Source: Betaproteobacteria bacterium
GTDB taxonomy: Bacteria; Pseudomonadota; Gammaproteobacteria; Burkholderiales; SG8-39
DNA: 64,000 nucleotides
Direction: 5' to 3'
NCBI GenBank assembly: GCA_947478805.1
Contig: CANJXQ010000007.1
Coordinates: forward strand, 15 to 64,014
Notes under the pieces: model-generated
Told to the model about the DNA's origin: nothing
Database searches by the model: none
The model's input: the letters and a program-made list of their open reading frames with translations, nothing else
Shown here: one piece after another, positions 8,618 through 17,985 of the stretch
How positions within the stretch are numbered: position 1 is the stretch's first letter
Layout: each line of letters starts with the position of its first letter
Made by a program: the position numbers and the translations under genes

Positions 8618-9444
8618 GCGCGACAAAGGTCGAGAAGTGGGCGCCGGGTATGAAGCCGGCAGCCTCGGGCCTCATCACCGTAGACGGGGTGCGCCTCTAC
8701 TGCCGAATCGACGGCCATGCCAAGTCGCCGCATCTAATGTTATCGAATTCGATCGGTACTGACCATTCCACTTGGTCAGAGCAGGTAAATATACTCAAGA
8801 AGCATTTCCGCGTGGTGAGCTACGACACGCGCGGCCATGGCGCGTCGGATGCGGGCGACAAGGATTACGGCATCGAGCGCCTCGGCCGCGACGCGCTCGG
8901 GTTGCTCGACGCGCTGGGCATTGCGCGCGCCCATTTCTGCGGCCTGTCGCTGGGCGGCATGACCGGGATGTGGCTGGGCATCCATGCGCCCAAGCGCATC
9001 GACCGCCTGGTGTTGGCCAATACCGCGGCGCACATCGGGCCGCCTGAGATGTGGACCACGCGCGCCGCGACGGTTCGCAAGGACGGCATGCAAGCCATCG
9101 TGGAGGGTGTGCTCAAGCGCTGGCTGACCGCGCGCTGCCTGGCTGAAAACCCGATGGTGGTGGAAAAGGCACGGCGCATGCTGCTCGCCGTGCCGCCCGA
9201 AGGCTACGCGCGCGCCTGCATGATGCTCTCGGCCATGGACCAGCGCGAGACCGTGTCGCGCATTGCCGCGCCGACCCTGGTGATCGCCGGCCTGCAGGAC
9301 GCCGCCACGCCACCCGCCGATGCCCAATTCCTCGTCGAGCGCATTCGTGGCGCGCGCCTGGTCGAACTGGACGCCGCGCACCTGTCGAATCTCGAATTGC
9401 CGCAACCTTTCACTGCTGCGGTCGAAGCTTTCCTCAAACCCTGA
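8614..9444 (+). CDS. pcaD: 3-oxoadipate enol-lactonase (alpha/beta hydrolase)
   Basis: Nucleophile elbow GLSLGG, alpha/beta-hydrolase length (276 aa), position in the pca operon, start overlaps the pcaJ stop. Confidence 0.85.
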   Translation: MSATKVEKWAPGMKPAASGLITVDGVRLYCRIDGHAKSPHLMLSNSIGTDHSTWSEQVNILKKHFRVVSYDTRGHGASDAGDKDYGIERLGRDALGLLDALGIARAHFCGLSLGGMTGMWLGIHAPKRIDRLVLANTAAHIGPPEMWTTRAATVRKDGMQAIVEGVLKRWLTARCLAENPMVVEKARRMLLAVPPEGYARACMMLSAMDQRETVSRIAAPTLVIAGLQDAATPPADAQFLVERIRGARLVELDAAHLSNLELPQPFTAAVEAFLKP

Positions 9445-9459
9445 AAAGGAGCACATCGC

Positions 9460-9852
9460 ATGGATGAGAAAGCGCGTTACGAGCAAGGCATGGCGGTCCG
9501 CCGCGAGGTGCTGGGCAAGGAATATGTCGACAGGTCGGTGGCCCGGCGCACCGAGTTCAACAGCGAATTCCAGGAACTGCTCACGCGCCATGCCTGGGGC
9601 GACATCTGGACGCGGCCCGGGCTGCCGAGAAGCACACGCAGCCTTATCGTGATCGCGATGATGGTGGCGCTCAACCGCGAAGGGGAGTTCAAGCTGCATG
9701 TGCGCGCCGCCGCCAACAATGGCGTGACGCGCGAGGAGATCAAGGAACTGTTGCTGCAGGCCGCGGTGTACTGCGGTGTCCCGGCCGCCAATACGGCGTT
9801 CCATTGGGCCGAGGTGCTGTTCGCGGAAATGGATGCGGCGAAGAAGGGCTGA
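9460..9852 (+). CDS. pcaC: 4-carboxymuconolactone decarboxylase
   Basis: 130 aa with MDEKARYEQGMAVRREVLG...WGDIWTRPGL...EEIKELLLQAAVYCGVPAAN, the typical PcaC/CMD fold pattern. SD AAGGAG lies upstream. Confidence 0.88.
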   Translation: MDEKARYEQGMAVRREVLGKEYVDRSVARRTEFNSEFQELLTRHAWGDIWTRPGLPRSTRSLIVIAMMVALNREGEFKLHVRAAANNGVTREEIKELLLQAAVYCGVPAANTAFHWAEVLFAEMDAAKKG

Positions 9853-9887
9853 GGCCCTGGTCTCGCGCGCTGGCCCTGTGGGCGCAG

Positions 9888-9915
9888 AAAAAAAGGGGGC
9901 GTGAAGCCCCCTAAT
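9888..9915. terminator. Bidirectional Rho-independent terminator between convergent pcaC and the dienelactone hydrolase gene
   Basis: AAAAAAA-GGGGGC-GTGAA-GCCCCC-TAATT. On the minus strand the hairpin is followed by a T7 run. Confidence 0.7.
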
Positions 9916-9936
9916 TCATTTGTACTGCACTATGGC

Positions 9937-10824
9937 TCAGGACTTCAGGTGCGTCCCGAAAAAGGCTAGTGTGCGCGACCAGGCGAGCTTGGCCGCGGCA
10001 TCGTCGTAGCGCGGCGTGGTGTCGTTGTGGAAGCCGTGGAGCGTACCCGGGTAGACATGCAGCTCGAATTTCTTGTTGTTGGCCTTGAGGGCGGCCTCGA
10101 ACGCGGGAATACCGGAGTTGATGCGCTCATCAGTGGCGGCGTAGTGGGCGAGGACGGCAGCGTTCATTTTGGCCACGTCCGCGGCGGCAGGCTGAACACC
10201 GTAGAAGGGCGCCACCGCGGCCACCTCGGGAATCCGTACCGATAGCAGGTTGGCAATTCCTCCGCCGAAGCAAAATCCGGTGGCACCGGTCTTGCCGGTG
10301 CATTCCGGGTGTGCCTTGAGAAACAGCGCTGCGGCGACGAGGTCTTCGGTGCGCTTGCCGGCATCGAGGGCGGCGAATTTCTTCGCGGCTTCCTCTTCGT
10401 TGCCAGGGTAGCCGCCCACCGGCGTGAGTGCGTCTGGGGCGAAGGCGATGTAGCCTGCAACGGCAAGCCTGCGGGCCACGTCCTCGATGTAGGGATTGAG
10501 ACCGCGGTTTTCATGGATGACCGTGACGCCGGGATGGCGGCCGCCGCTGGCGGGGCGAGCCAACAGCCCGCGCATGGTCCCGGAGCCCTGCGGCGAGGGG
10601 TAGGTGACGTACTCGGCCTTGATGCGCTTGTCGTCCTTCGGCACCTGCTGCGCCCAGGCAAAATTCGGGCGCAGGCTCTCGAACATCGCGGCGGCAGTCA
10701 TGCCACCCACAGCGAACTTGGCGGCGCCGTCGAGAAAGTCGCGCCGGGTGATGTCGCCGTGCACGTAGCCGTCGAACAGCTTCATGACGCCGGCCGGGAA
10801 GTCGCTTGCTTTCTTGCGTTCCAT
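9937..10824 (-). CDS. Dienelactone hydrolase family protein with twin-arginine signal
   Basis: Tat-like TRRDFLDGAAKFAVGGMTAAAMF...AWAQQ. DLH-type core GATGFCFGGG. I chose the ATG at 10824 (MERKK) because GAGGA lies 8-9 nt upstream. Confidence 0.8.
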   Translation of the reverse strand: MERKKASDFPAGVMKLFDGYVHGDITRRDFLDGAAKFAVGGMTAAAMFESLRPNFAWAQQVPKDDKRIKAEYVTYPSPQGSGTMRGLLARPASGGRHPGVTVIHENRGLNPYIEDVARRLAVAGYIAFAPDALTPVGGYPGNEEEAAKKFAALDAGKRTEDLVAAALFLKAHPECTGKTGATGFCFGGGIANLLSVRIPEVAAVAPFYGVQPAAADVAKMNAAVLAHYAATDERINSGIPAFEAALKANNKKFELHVYPGTLHGFHNDTTPRYDDAAAKLAWSRTLAFFGTHLKS

Positions 10825-10977
10825 GGAATTCGTCCTCACGCTAAGGGTTCGATCGCGGGGATCCCATTGGGAATTTTCCGCGGTATTCGCCAGCCGCTTG
10901 CCGACAGGCCGGCGCGGCGGAACTTTACCCCAGGCAGGGGCAGAATTGGCGAGGAAAATTTCTTTGGCGAGAGGGAC

Positions 10978-10991
10978 TTATTCTGGAATAA
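10978..10991. promoter_or_regulatory. Inverted repeat TTATTC-TG-GAATAA in the divergent intergenic region
   Basis: Read directly from the sequence, ~73 bp upstream of the MBL-fold gene start (11064). Function unknown. Confidence 0.25.
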
Positions 10992-11063
10992 TCCGGCCCG
11001 CGCGCTGTTCGCAACAGTTGCGTCAACCCCCCAATGAACCTTTGAAAAAGTCTGGAGGAGCAC

Positions 11064-12533
11064 ATGTTTTACAAGCGATTTTTCTCGAATTGGGCCCTGC
11101 CGGCGCTCGCGCTGGCCCTGTTGCCTGGCGTAGCCGCGGCACTGGACGCATCTTCCGTGCTCAAGCGTGCCTCGGCGGCAATGGGCAGCACCGAACTGAA
11201 GACCCTGTCCTACAGTGCCGATGGCTGGGGCTACACGTTCGGCCAGGCCTTCGTGCCCACTGCCCACTGGCCCAAGATCCAGATCCGCAGCATGGAGCGC
11301 AGCATCAACTACGACACGGCTTCCATGCGCGAACTGATCACCTACACCCGCGCCGAACCCAAGGGGGGCGGCGGATATCCTCTGGTCGCTCCGCAGACCG
11401 ACGACCGTTACATCAGCGGCGGTTTTGCCTGGAACGTGGCGGGTGGCAACCCTGCCGGCAATCCGCGTTTTGTCCCGGAGCGGATACACGAGCTGTGGAT
11501 CTCCCCGCATGGCGTGCTGAAGGCTGCGATCAAGAACAATGCCACGCTCGAGTTCAAGACGGTCGGCGGGCGTTCGATGGCCGCGGTGTCCTTCACCGAG
11601 GCCGGGCGTTTCAAGGCCACCGCCTACATCAACGAGGACTTCCTGGTTGAGCGGGTCGAGTCACGCTATCCGGAGCACGTCCAGGGCGAAACCGATGTGG
11701 TGACGACGTTTTCGAGCTATCGCGATTTCAACGGGATCAAGTTCCCCAGCCTGATCCAGCAGAAGAACAACGGTCGCTTCACACTCGATGTCACTGTGAC
11801 CAAGGTCGAGCCGAATGCCGCGGTTGCCATCGCGGTCCCGGATGCGGTGCGCAATTACGCCGAGCGCATCACCACGGATAAAGTTGCGGACGGCGTCTGG
11901 TTCGTCGCCGGTGCTTCCCACAACAGCGTGGCCATCGAGATGAAGGATCACCTGGTGCTGGTGGAGTCGCCGCTTGGTGATTTTCGCACTGCGCCGGTGA
12001 TCGAGGCGGTGAAGAAGCTGGCGCCGGGCAAGCCGATTCGCTTCGCGGTCAACTCGCACCATCACTATGATCATTCGGGGGGCGTGCGGGCGGCGGCGGC
12101 TGAAGGTGCAACCATCGTCACGCAGGCGAGGAACAAGAGCCACTATGAAAAGATCCTGGCAAGCAAGGTCACCGTCAATCCGGACCTGTATGCCAAGTCG
12201 GGCAAGAAGGGCAAGGTGATGGCCATTGGCGACAAGGGCCAGCTGACCGATGGCAAGCGCGTGATCGAGATGTACAACATCAAGGACAGCATCCATACCG
12301 ACACGTACCTGATGGTGTACCTGCCTGCCGAAAAACTCCTCATCGAAGCCGACGAGTTCACGCCGGGTCCGCCCAACGCCAAGCCGCCGGCACAGCCGGA
12401 TCCGCGGCACCTGAACCTCGTGAACAATATCGAGCGCCTGAAGCTGTCGGTGGACCGGATCCTTCCGCTTCATGGGCGCGTGGTTCCCATCTCGGAGCTT
12501 TACGCCGCCATCGGCAAGACCGCGCCGCGCTAG
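11064..12533 (+). CDS. Secreted MBL-fold metallo-hydrolase
   Basis: Signal peptide MFYKRFFSNWALPALALALLPGVAAA. Metallo-beta-lactamase motif NSHHHYDHSGG. SD GGAGGA upstream. Confidence 0.8.
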   Translation: MFYKRFFSNWALPALALALLPGVAAALDASSVLKRASAAMGSTELKTLSYSADGWGYTFGQAFVPTAHWPKIQIRSMERSINYDTASMRELITYTRAEPKGGGGYPLVAPQTDDRYISGGFAWNVAGGNPAGNPRFVPERIHELWISPHGVLKAAIKNNATLEFKTVGGRSMAAVSFTEAGRFKATAYINEDFLVERVESRYPEHVQGETDVVTTFSSYRDFNGIKFPSLIQQKNNGRFTLDVTVTKVEPNAAVAIAVPDAVRNYAERITTDKVADGVWFVAGASHNSVAIEMKDHLVLVESPLGDFRTAPVIEAVKKLAPGKPIRFAVNSHHHYDHSGGVRAAAAEGATIVTQARNKSHYEKILASKVTVNPDLYAKSGKKGKVMAIGDKGQLTDGKRVIEMYNIKDSIHTDTYLMVYLPAEKLLIEADEFTPGPPNAKPPAQPDPRHLNLVNNIERLKLSVDRILPLHGRVVPISELYAAIGKTAPR

Positions 12534-12576
12534 CCGGCACGCCGCAACAGCGCTTCTCCTCGCCCGTCATGGGGCT

Positions 12577-12614
12577 CCCGGTCACACGGGGGCTGCTGTG
12601 ACGGGTTCTTTTTT
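12577..12614 (+). terminator. Rho-independent terminator after the MBL-fold gene
   Basis: CCCGGTCACA...TGTGACGGG stem (one mismatch) followed by TTCTTTTTT. Confidence 0.6.
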
Positions 12615-12721
12615 GCCGGGCCATGTGGGTGGTGCATGGTTGCTCTCGGTTACCACCAACAGACCGGCCGATTGCCTTTGGGTTACTCTTGCCGGATTGC
12701 AGTGATTTACAAGGGGGCGCA

Positions 12722-13708
12722 ATGAAAGTCGAGGGACAGGGTATGACGCGCTGGGTACGTTGGGTGCTGCTTTCCGCCGCGATCATCGTGGCGCATGGCG
12801 CATTGGCCCAGCCGTTTCCTGCCAGGGCCATCACAATCGTCGTGCCATTCGCACCCGGAGGCCCGGGCGACATCACGGCGCGGATGGTTGCACGCGACCT
12901 TTCGACCAAGCTGGGTCAGCCTGTGCTGGTCGACAACAAGGGCGGGGCGGGTGGTTTGATCGGCACCCAGGCGGTCACGCGGGCTGCGCCCGACGGCTAC
13001 ACCTTGTTGCTGCACTCGTCATCGCTGACTTCCAACCAGGCCATGCAGGTCAACCCCGACATTGATGTGCGCCAGGATTTGGTGGGCGTCACGCCCGCTA
13101 TCTTTGGAATCATGGGCGTGTTCGTGAATCCGACGGTGCCTGCCCGCAATATGCAGGAGTTGATTGCCTACGCCCGGTCGCGTCCGGGGGCGATGAACTT
13201 CGGCTCGTCCGGCGTTGGCTCGCAGACGCATCTGTACGGCGAAATGCTCAAGGGTGCCGCGGGGATCGACATGGTGCATGTTGCTTATTCGGGCGGGGCG
13301 CCATCCGTCGCCGCGGCGCTGTCCAACGAAGTGCAGTTGCTGGTCATCGATGTCGGTTCGGCCAAGGCCCAGTCGGACGCGGGCAAGCTGCGTCTATTGG
13401 CGGTTGGCACCGAGCAGCGTTCAACTCTCTTGCCCGACGTTCCTACGGTTGCAGAGAGCGGCCTTCCGGGTTATCGCGCGGATTTCTGGTTCGGCTTCTT
13501 TGCGCCGCGACGAACACCCAACGCCATCGTCGAGACCCTGGGCGCGGAAATATCGACGATCCTGAACAAGCCCGAGGTGAAGCAGAATCTCAACAATCGG
13601 GGCTATGAAATTCGCAGCATGAGTGCCGCCGCGTTCCAGCAGCTTGTTGGCAGCGAAGTCGCCAAGTGGGAAAAAATCATCAAGGATGCGAAGATCGCAC
13701 GCCAGTAA
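12722..13708 (+). CDS. Bug-family (TctC-like) tripartite tricarboxylate transporter substrate-binding protein
   Basis: Signal peptide, then PFPARAITIVVPFAPGGPGDITARMVA and DNKGGAGG, hallmarks of Bug/TctC proteins. No tctA/tctB adjacent. Confidence 0.85.
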   Translation: MKVEGQGMTRWVRWVLLSAAIIVAHGALAQPFPARAITIVVPFAPGGPGDITARMVARDLSTKLGQPVLVDNKGGAGGLIGTQAVTRAAPDGYTLLLHSSSLTSNQAMQVNPDIDVRQDLVGVTPAIFGIMGVFVNPTVPARNMQELIAYARSRPGAMNFGSSGVGSQTHLYGEMLKGAAGIDMVHVAYSGGAPSVAAALSNEVQLLVIDVGSAKAQSDAGKLRLLAVGTEQRSTLLPDVPTVAESGLPGYRADFWFGFFAPRRTPNAIVETLGAEISTILNKPEVKQNLNNRGYEIRSMSAAAFQQLVGSEVAKWEKIIKDAKIARQ

Positions 13709-13789
13709 ATGGTGATGCCTGGAATGGCGGCGTGATGCTTGCGGCGCAATTCAGGCGCCAACCGGCTGGCGGCTCGCCCGCCACCTTGT

Positions 13790-14548
13790 TCAGGTCAGGG
13801 ACTGCGTCATTCCGCCATCGACCTGAATGGCCTGTCCGGTGATGAATCCGGCCTGCTTCGACGCAACGAACGCGACGGTTCCCGCGAACTCTTCCATCGA
13901 TCCCAATCGCCTGAGGGGAATGGCGGCGGCGCGTTCGTCGAGATTGTGAAATTTTGCGAGACTTTCGGTGAGGATGGTTGCCGGCGCTACGGCGTTCACC
14001 GTTACGCCATACCGGCCGATTTCGTTGGCGAGATGCTTCAAGGCGGCCTGGACGCCGGCCCTGAAGATGGTCGATATCGCATGTCGCGGCATGGGCTGGC
14101 TGACCGTCGCAGATGTAATGCCGATGATCCGCCCCCAGCCTTTTTCCACCAGCAGCGGGGAGATTTCTCCGAGGATGTTCAATGCCCCCTTCAGTTGCTG
14201 GTCATAGGCTTCTTGCCAGCGCGAATCGTCATTCTCGTCGAGGAACTCGCGCATGGGGCTCGGCGGTCGCGCAGTGTTCAGTACCAGGATGTCCAGGCCG
14301 CCGGTGGAGCGCAGATACGCGACTGTCTCCTTCATCGCGTCGCGGGAGGTCATGTCGCAGCTCCGGCAATCGACTCGGACACCAGGTGTTCCCGAGAGCT
14401 GCTGTCTCGCCTGTTCCAGTCGTTCTGCATTGCGTGCTGCCAGCACAAGGTTGACGCCCTCGGTGGCCAGTGCGCGGGCGACCGCGAAACCGAGGCCCGA
14501 GCTGCCGCCAAAAACGAGTGCGCGCTTGCCGGAGATGCCAAGATCCAT
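13790..14548 (-). CDS. SDR-family protein (divergent; canonical YxxxK not evident)
   Basis: Rossmann motif ALVFGGSSGLGFAVA. 252 aa from MDLGISGKRALV. The last gene of the minus-strand CoA operon. Confidence 0.75.
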   Translation of the reverse strand: MDLGISGKRALVFGGSSGLGFAVARALATEGVNLVLAARNAERLEQARQQLSGTPGVRVDCRSCDMTSRDAMKETVAYLRSTGGLDILVLNTARPPSPMREFLDENDDSRWQEAYDQQLKGALNILGEISPLLVEKGWGRIIGITSATVSQPMPRHAISTIFRAGVQAALKHLANEIGRYGVTVNAVAPATILTESLAKFHNLDERAAAIPLRRLGSMEEFAGTVAFVASKQAGFITGQAIQVDGGMTQSLT

Positions 14549-14613
14549 GTGTTTTCCTTCCTCGCTGAAATGAGACAGGGAACAGAACCCGGTTCCCTGG
14601 ACTGGTGCGGCGG

Positions 14614-15888
14614 TCAGATGATCGAGCGCTCTTTCAACTTGCGTAGCGTTTCTTCGCTCATGCCAAGCAGTCGGGTGTAGACCTCGCTGTTGTGATCGCC
14701 CAGCATTGGGGCGAGTTGGTCGTAGCCCACCTTGCATTCCGAGAATTGCAGCGGCACGCCTGCAGTGGCGGTCTCGACGCCCGGCGGCAGCTTTGGGTGC
14801 TTCAGCGTGACCACCGCGCCGCGCTTGCGCACCGCCGGATCGTCGCAGGCCTGCTGTGGCGTGCGGACCGGGGCTGCTGTGACGCTGTTGCTTGCCAGCA
14901 GCTTGATGAGGAAATCGGTCGTGTGTTGCCGAGTCCATTCCTCGATGATCCCGTTGATGAGCTTTGCATTGATGGCCCGCCCGCCACGCGTCCTGAATCG
15001 TTCGTCCGATGCGAGTTCCGGGCGACCCATGGCGCGAAAGAGCGAATGGGCCCACGCATCCTGCGGCGCGGCAATGGCGACGTGGCTGTCTCGCGTCTCG
15101 TAGATGCCAAACGGGGTGAGTCGGTCCTGGTTGTTGCCGGTGCGGGGTGATGCGCCCTTGGGCGTGAGCACATCGAAGTGCTCGAGCGCGAGCAGCGCTG
15201 TCAGCGTGTCGAGCATGCTCACTTCGATCTTCTGGCCCTTGCCGGTGCGGCCGCGATGGATGAGGGCCGCGAGAATTCCGCTCAGGGCATAGTGCGGGGC
15301 GATCATGTCCGCAAGGGGGATGCCGATTCGGCTGGGCGGCCCGTCGGGGAAGCCGGTGACTTCCATGATGCCGCTGAGTGCCTGGACGATGATATCCATC
15401 CCCTTCATTTCCGGCGGCGCATCCTTTCCGATCGAGCTGACCGATGTGTAGATCAGCGCGGGGTTGGCCGCGCGGAGGGTCTCATAGTCAATTCCCAGTC
15501 GCTCGACGGTCCCGACACTGAAGTTCTCGACCAGGACATCGGCCTGCTTGACCAATTGGATGAAAATCGCCTTTCCTTCCTCCTGCTTCAAGTCGAGTGT
15601 GATGCTCTTCTTGTTTCGATGCCGGTCCAGCATGAGCAGGGATACCTCTTCGGGCTGCCGGTCCCCGTAGTTGAAGTCGGAGCCCGCGCAGTAGGGCGGG
15701 TTGTTGCGCGCGATATCGCTGCCGCCGGGCGCCTCGACCTTGATGACTTCCGCGCCCAGTCCACCGAGCAGCAGGGTGCAGTAGGGTCCTGCCAGGGCCA
15801 AAGTGAGATCGATGACACGAATGCCGGCCAGTGGCCCCAGGCGGGCAACCGATTGGTCATCGTTTTGGCTGGTGTTGTCGTTCCACAT
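14614..15888 (-). CDS. Family III CoA-transferase (CaiB/BaiF type)
   Basis: GPLAGIRVIDLTLALAGPYCTLLLGGLGAEVIKVE is the canonical family III N-terminus. Start taken at MWNDN (15888). Confidence 0.85.
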   Translation of the reverse strand: MWNDNTSQNDDQSVARLGPLAGIRVIDLTLALAGPYCTLLLGGLGAEVIKVEAPGGSDIARNNPPYCAGSDFNYGDRQPEEVSLLMLDRHRNKKSITLDLKQEEGKAIFIQLVKQADVLVENFSVGTVERLGIDYETLRAANPALIYTSVSSIGKDAPPEMKGMDIIVQALSGIMEVTGFPDGPPSRIGIPLADMIAPHYALSGILAALIHRGRTGKGQKIEVSMLDTLTALLALEHFDVLTPKGASPRTGNNQDRLTPFGIYETRDSHVAIAAPQDAWAHSLFRAMGRPELASDERFRTRGGRAINAKLINGIIEEWTRQHTTDFLIKLLASNSVTAAPVRTPQQACDDPAVRKRGAVVTLKHPKLPPGVETATAGVPLQFSECKVGYDQLAPMLGDHNSEVYTRLLGMSEETLRKLKERSII

Positions 15889-16008
15889 CGAGGAAGTTCC
15901 TTTGGGTATGGGCTCACAGCGGATGCTTGGGCTGTACTGGGCTGGCATGATCTGCGAACCCGGTGCAGCCAAGCGTGCTGCGATCAGATTCGACGCCGGG
16001 GCCTCGCG

Positions 16009-16935
16009 CTATCGGCCAACTGATCGTTCTTCGTCGCGAAGGCGGAACCTCTCGGCCCGCGCGAGCAGTTCCCTTGCGGGCGCAAGCATTGCGATATCCA
16101 CCATGACCCCCTCGTGGCGGGTCGCACCATTGCCCGCTTTGGCGGCTGTCATCAATGCCTCCACCAGTCCCTTGGCGTGTTCGACTTCTGCCTCGGTCGG
16201 CCGGAAGATGGCGTTGGCAATGGGAACATGGCTCGGATGGATCAGTGCCACCCCGGAAAAGCCAAGTTGCTTTGCTCGGCGAGCAAGGAGCTCCACGGTG
16301 TCCAGGTCGTCGAGACGTGTGCCCTGGATGGTGCCGATGGGATAGTTTGCGCCGGCGGCCCTGCTGGCCAGGATGGTGCGCGATTGCAGGAAAAGCTGTT
16401 CACTGCCCTCGACGGTTGGCGAAAAGCCGGCAGCACGAGACACGTCACCGGCGATCGGGCCGGACACCGCGGTGATCAACCCGGTGACGCGCGGGCTTGC
16501 TCCGGCAATTTCGCGCACTGCCCACAGGCCTGCGGCGGTTTCCGGTAGCGCGACGATGCCAACTTTCCCCGCAGGAACGCCGTTTTTTGATTCCGCTTCG
16601 GCGATCAATCGGTCAAGCCGATGGACGTCGGTGGCGCTGTCGGCCTTGGGAAGCATGATGCCGAGCACGCCCGGCAGAACGACCGCGGGCAGGTCCTCCT
16701 CGCCGCCGTGGCCGAGGGCGTTTATGCGCACGACGACCGCAACACCGTGGCTATCGAGAACTTCGACCGCTTCGCCAATCAGCGAGCGCGCCTCGTGCTT
16801 TCGCTCCGGGATCACGGAGTCCTCGAGATCGAGGATGATCGCGTCGACCGACGAGCGGGCAATCTTCCGCACCCAGTCGATGCGCGTGGCAGGCAAGAAA
16901 AGCAGTGATCGCAGCGGCCAGGAGGCTTGAGTCAT
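16009..16935 (-). CDS. HpcH/HpaI aldolase / citrate-lyase beta-like CoA ester lyase (citramalyl/malyl-CoA lyase type)
   Basis: LRSLLFLPATR...DAIILDLEDSV...LPKADS...ALPETAAG...ALIHPSHV is the typical CitE-like pattern. Start at MTQASWPL (16935). Confidence 0.8.
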   Translation of the reverse strand: MTQASWPLRSLLFLPATRIDWVRKIARSSVDAIILDLEDSVIPERKHEARSLIGEAVEVLDSHGVAVVVRINALGHGGEEDLPAVVLPGVLGIMLPKADSATDVHRLDRLIAEAESKNGVPAGKVGIVALPETAAGLWAVREIAGASPRVTGLITAVSGPIAGDVSRAAGFSPTVEGSEQLFLQSRTILASRAAGANYPIGTIQGTRLDDLDTVELLARRAKQLGFSGVALIHPSHVPIANAIFRPTEAEVEHAKGLVEALMTAAKAGNGATRHEGVMVDIAMLAPARELLARAERFRLRDEERSVGR

Positions 16936-16966
16936 GTCGGAGGATAGGTCGATAGCGTGCGAGGGG

Positions 16967-17941
16967 TCATTCTTGCGGAATCTTCGCGCTGGTGATGACC
17001 TCGCGGTACTTGACGAGCTCATTGGATATCATCGCCCGGAATTGCTGGGGCGAGATGATCGGTACCTGCGATCCCTTGCTTTCCATGTCCTTGCGGTAGG
17101 CGGGGTCCGCGACGAGCAGCGATACTTCGTCGAACAGGATCTTGGTTACCGGCGCAGGGGTTCCCGAAGGTGCGAACAGGCCATACCAGACGGCCGGGTT
17201 GAACGGCAGGCCTGCCTCTGCCGTGGTGGGCACGTTCGGGAATGAGGCGACGCGCTCGGTGCTTCCGACGGCGAGCAGTCGGATCTTGCCGGCCCGAATG
17301 GCCGCGAGTCCCGAGGCAATGTCCACGGTCAGCACCTGGATGTCGTTGGCCATCAGCGCAGTCACCGCCGGCGCGCCACCGTTGTACGGGATGTGTACCA
17401 TGCGCAAGCCGTTCTCCAGGCCGAGTCGTTCCGAATTGATGTGCATGATGCTGCCGTTGCCCGAGCTGCCGAAATTGAGTTTGCCAGGATTCTTTTTCGC
17501 GTAGGCGATCAATTCTCCCAGGGTGTTCGCCGGCAGTTCGGCATTGACGAAAATCCCCATTGGCGCGAGGGCAAGCATGATGACCGGGGTGAAATCTTTC
17601 TCGACGTCGAATCCCGGGTTCTTGTAGACAGCCTGCGCTGTGGTCAGCGAGGTGCTCTGGACCATCAGGGTGTAGCCATCCGGTTTGGCCCGGGCGAGCA
17701 GGCCCGCGCCCAGCGTCCCCCCCGCTCCAGGCTTGTTGTCGACGATGACCGGTTGCTTGAACTTGTCGTTCAGCCGCTTGGCGATGACGCGCGCCAGGAT
17801 GTCGTTGGCGTTGCCCGGTGTCGCGGCGACGATGATGTTGATCTGCCTGTCGGGGTAGGCGCTTTCCGCGGCGTGAATGGGCGTTGCCAGCACGCCAATG
17901 GCGAAAGTGGGAACGGCGAACCACTTGCTGAGCTTCTTCAT
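16967..17941 (-). CDS. Bug-family (TctC-like) substrate-binding protein
   Basis: Signal peptide MKKLSKWFAVPTFAIGVLATPIHA, then YPDRQINIIVAATPGNANDILARV and DNKPGAGG. Confidence 0.85.
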   Translation of the reverse strand: MKKLSKWFAVPTFAIGVLATPIHAAESAYPDRQINIIVAATPGNANDILARVIAKRLNDKFKQPVIVDNKPGAGGTLGAGLLARAKPDGYTLMVQSTSLTTAQAVYKNPGFDVEKDFTPVIMLALAPMGIFVNAELPANTLGELIAYAKKNPGKLNFGSSGNGSIMHINSERLGLENGLRMVHIPYNGGAPAVTALMANDIQVLTVDIASGLAAIRAGKIRLLAVGSTERVASFPNVPTTAEAGLPFNPAVWYGLFAPSGTPAPVTKILFDEVSLLVADPAYRKDMESKGSQVPIISPQQFRAMISNELVKYREVITSAKIPQE

Positions 17942-17985
17942 GTTTCCTCCTTGGGGTTCCGGGTTCGAAAAACCATTGGCTGGCG

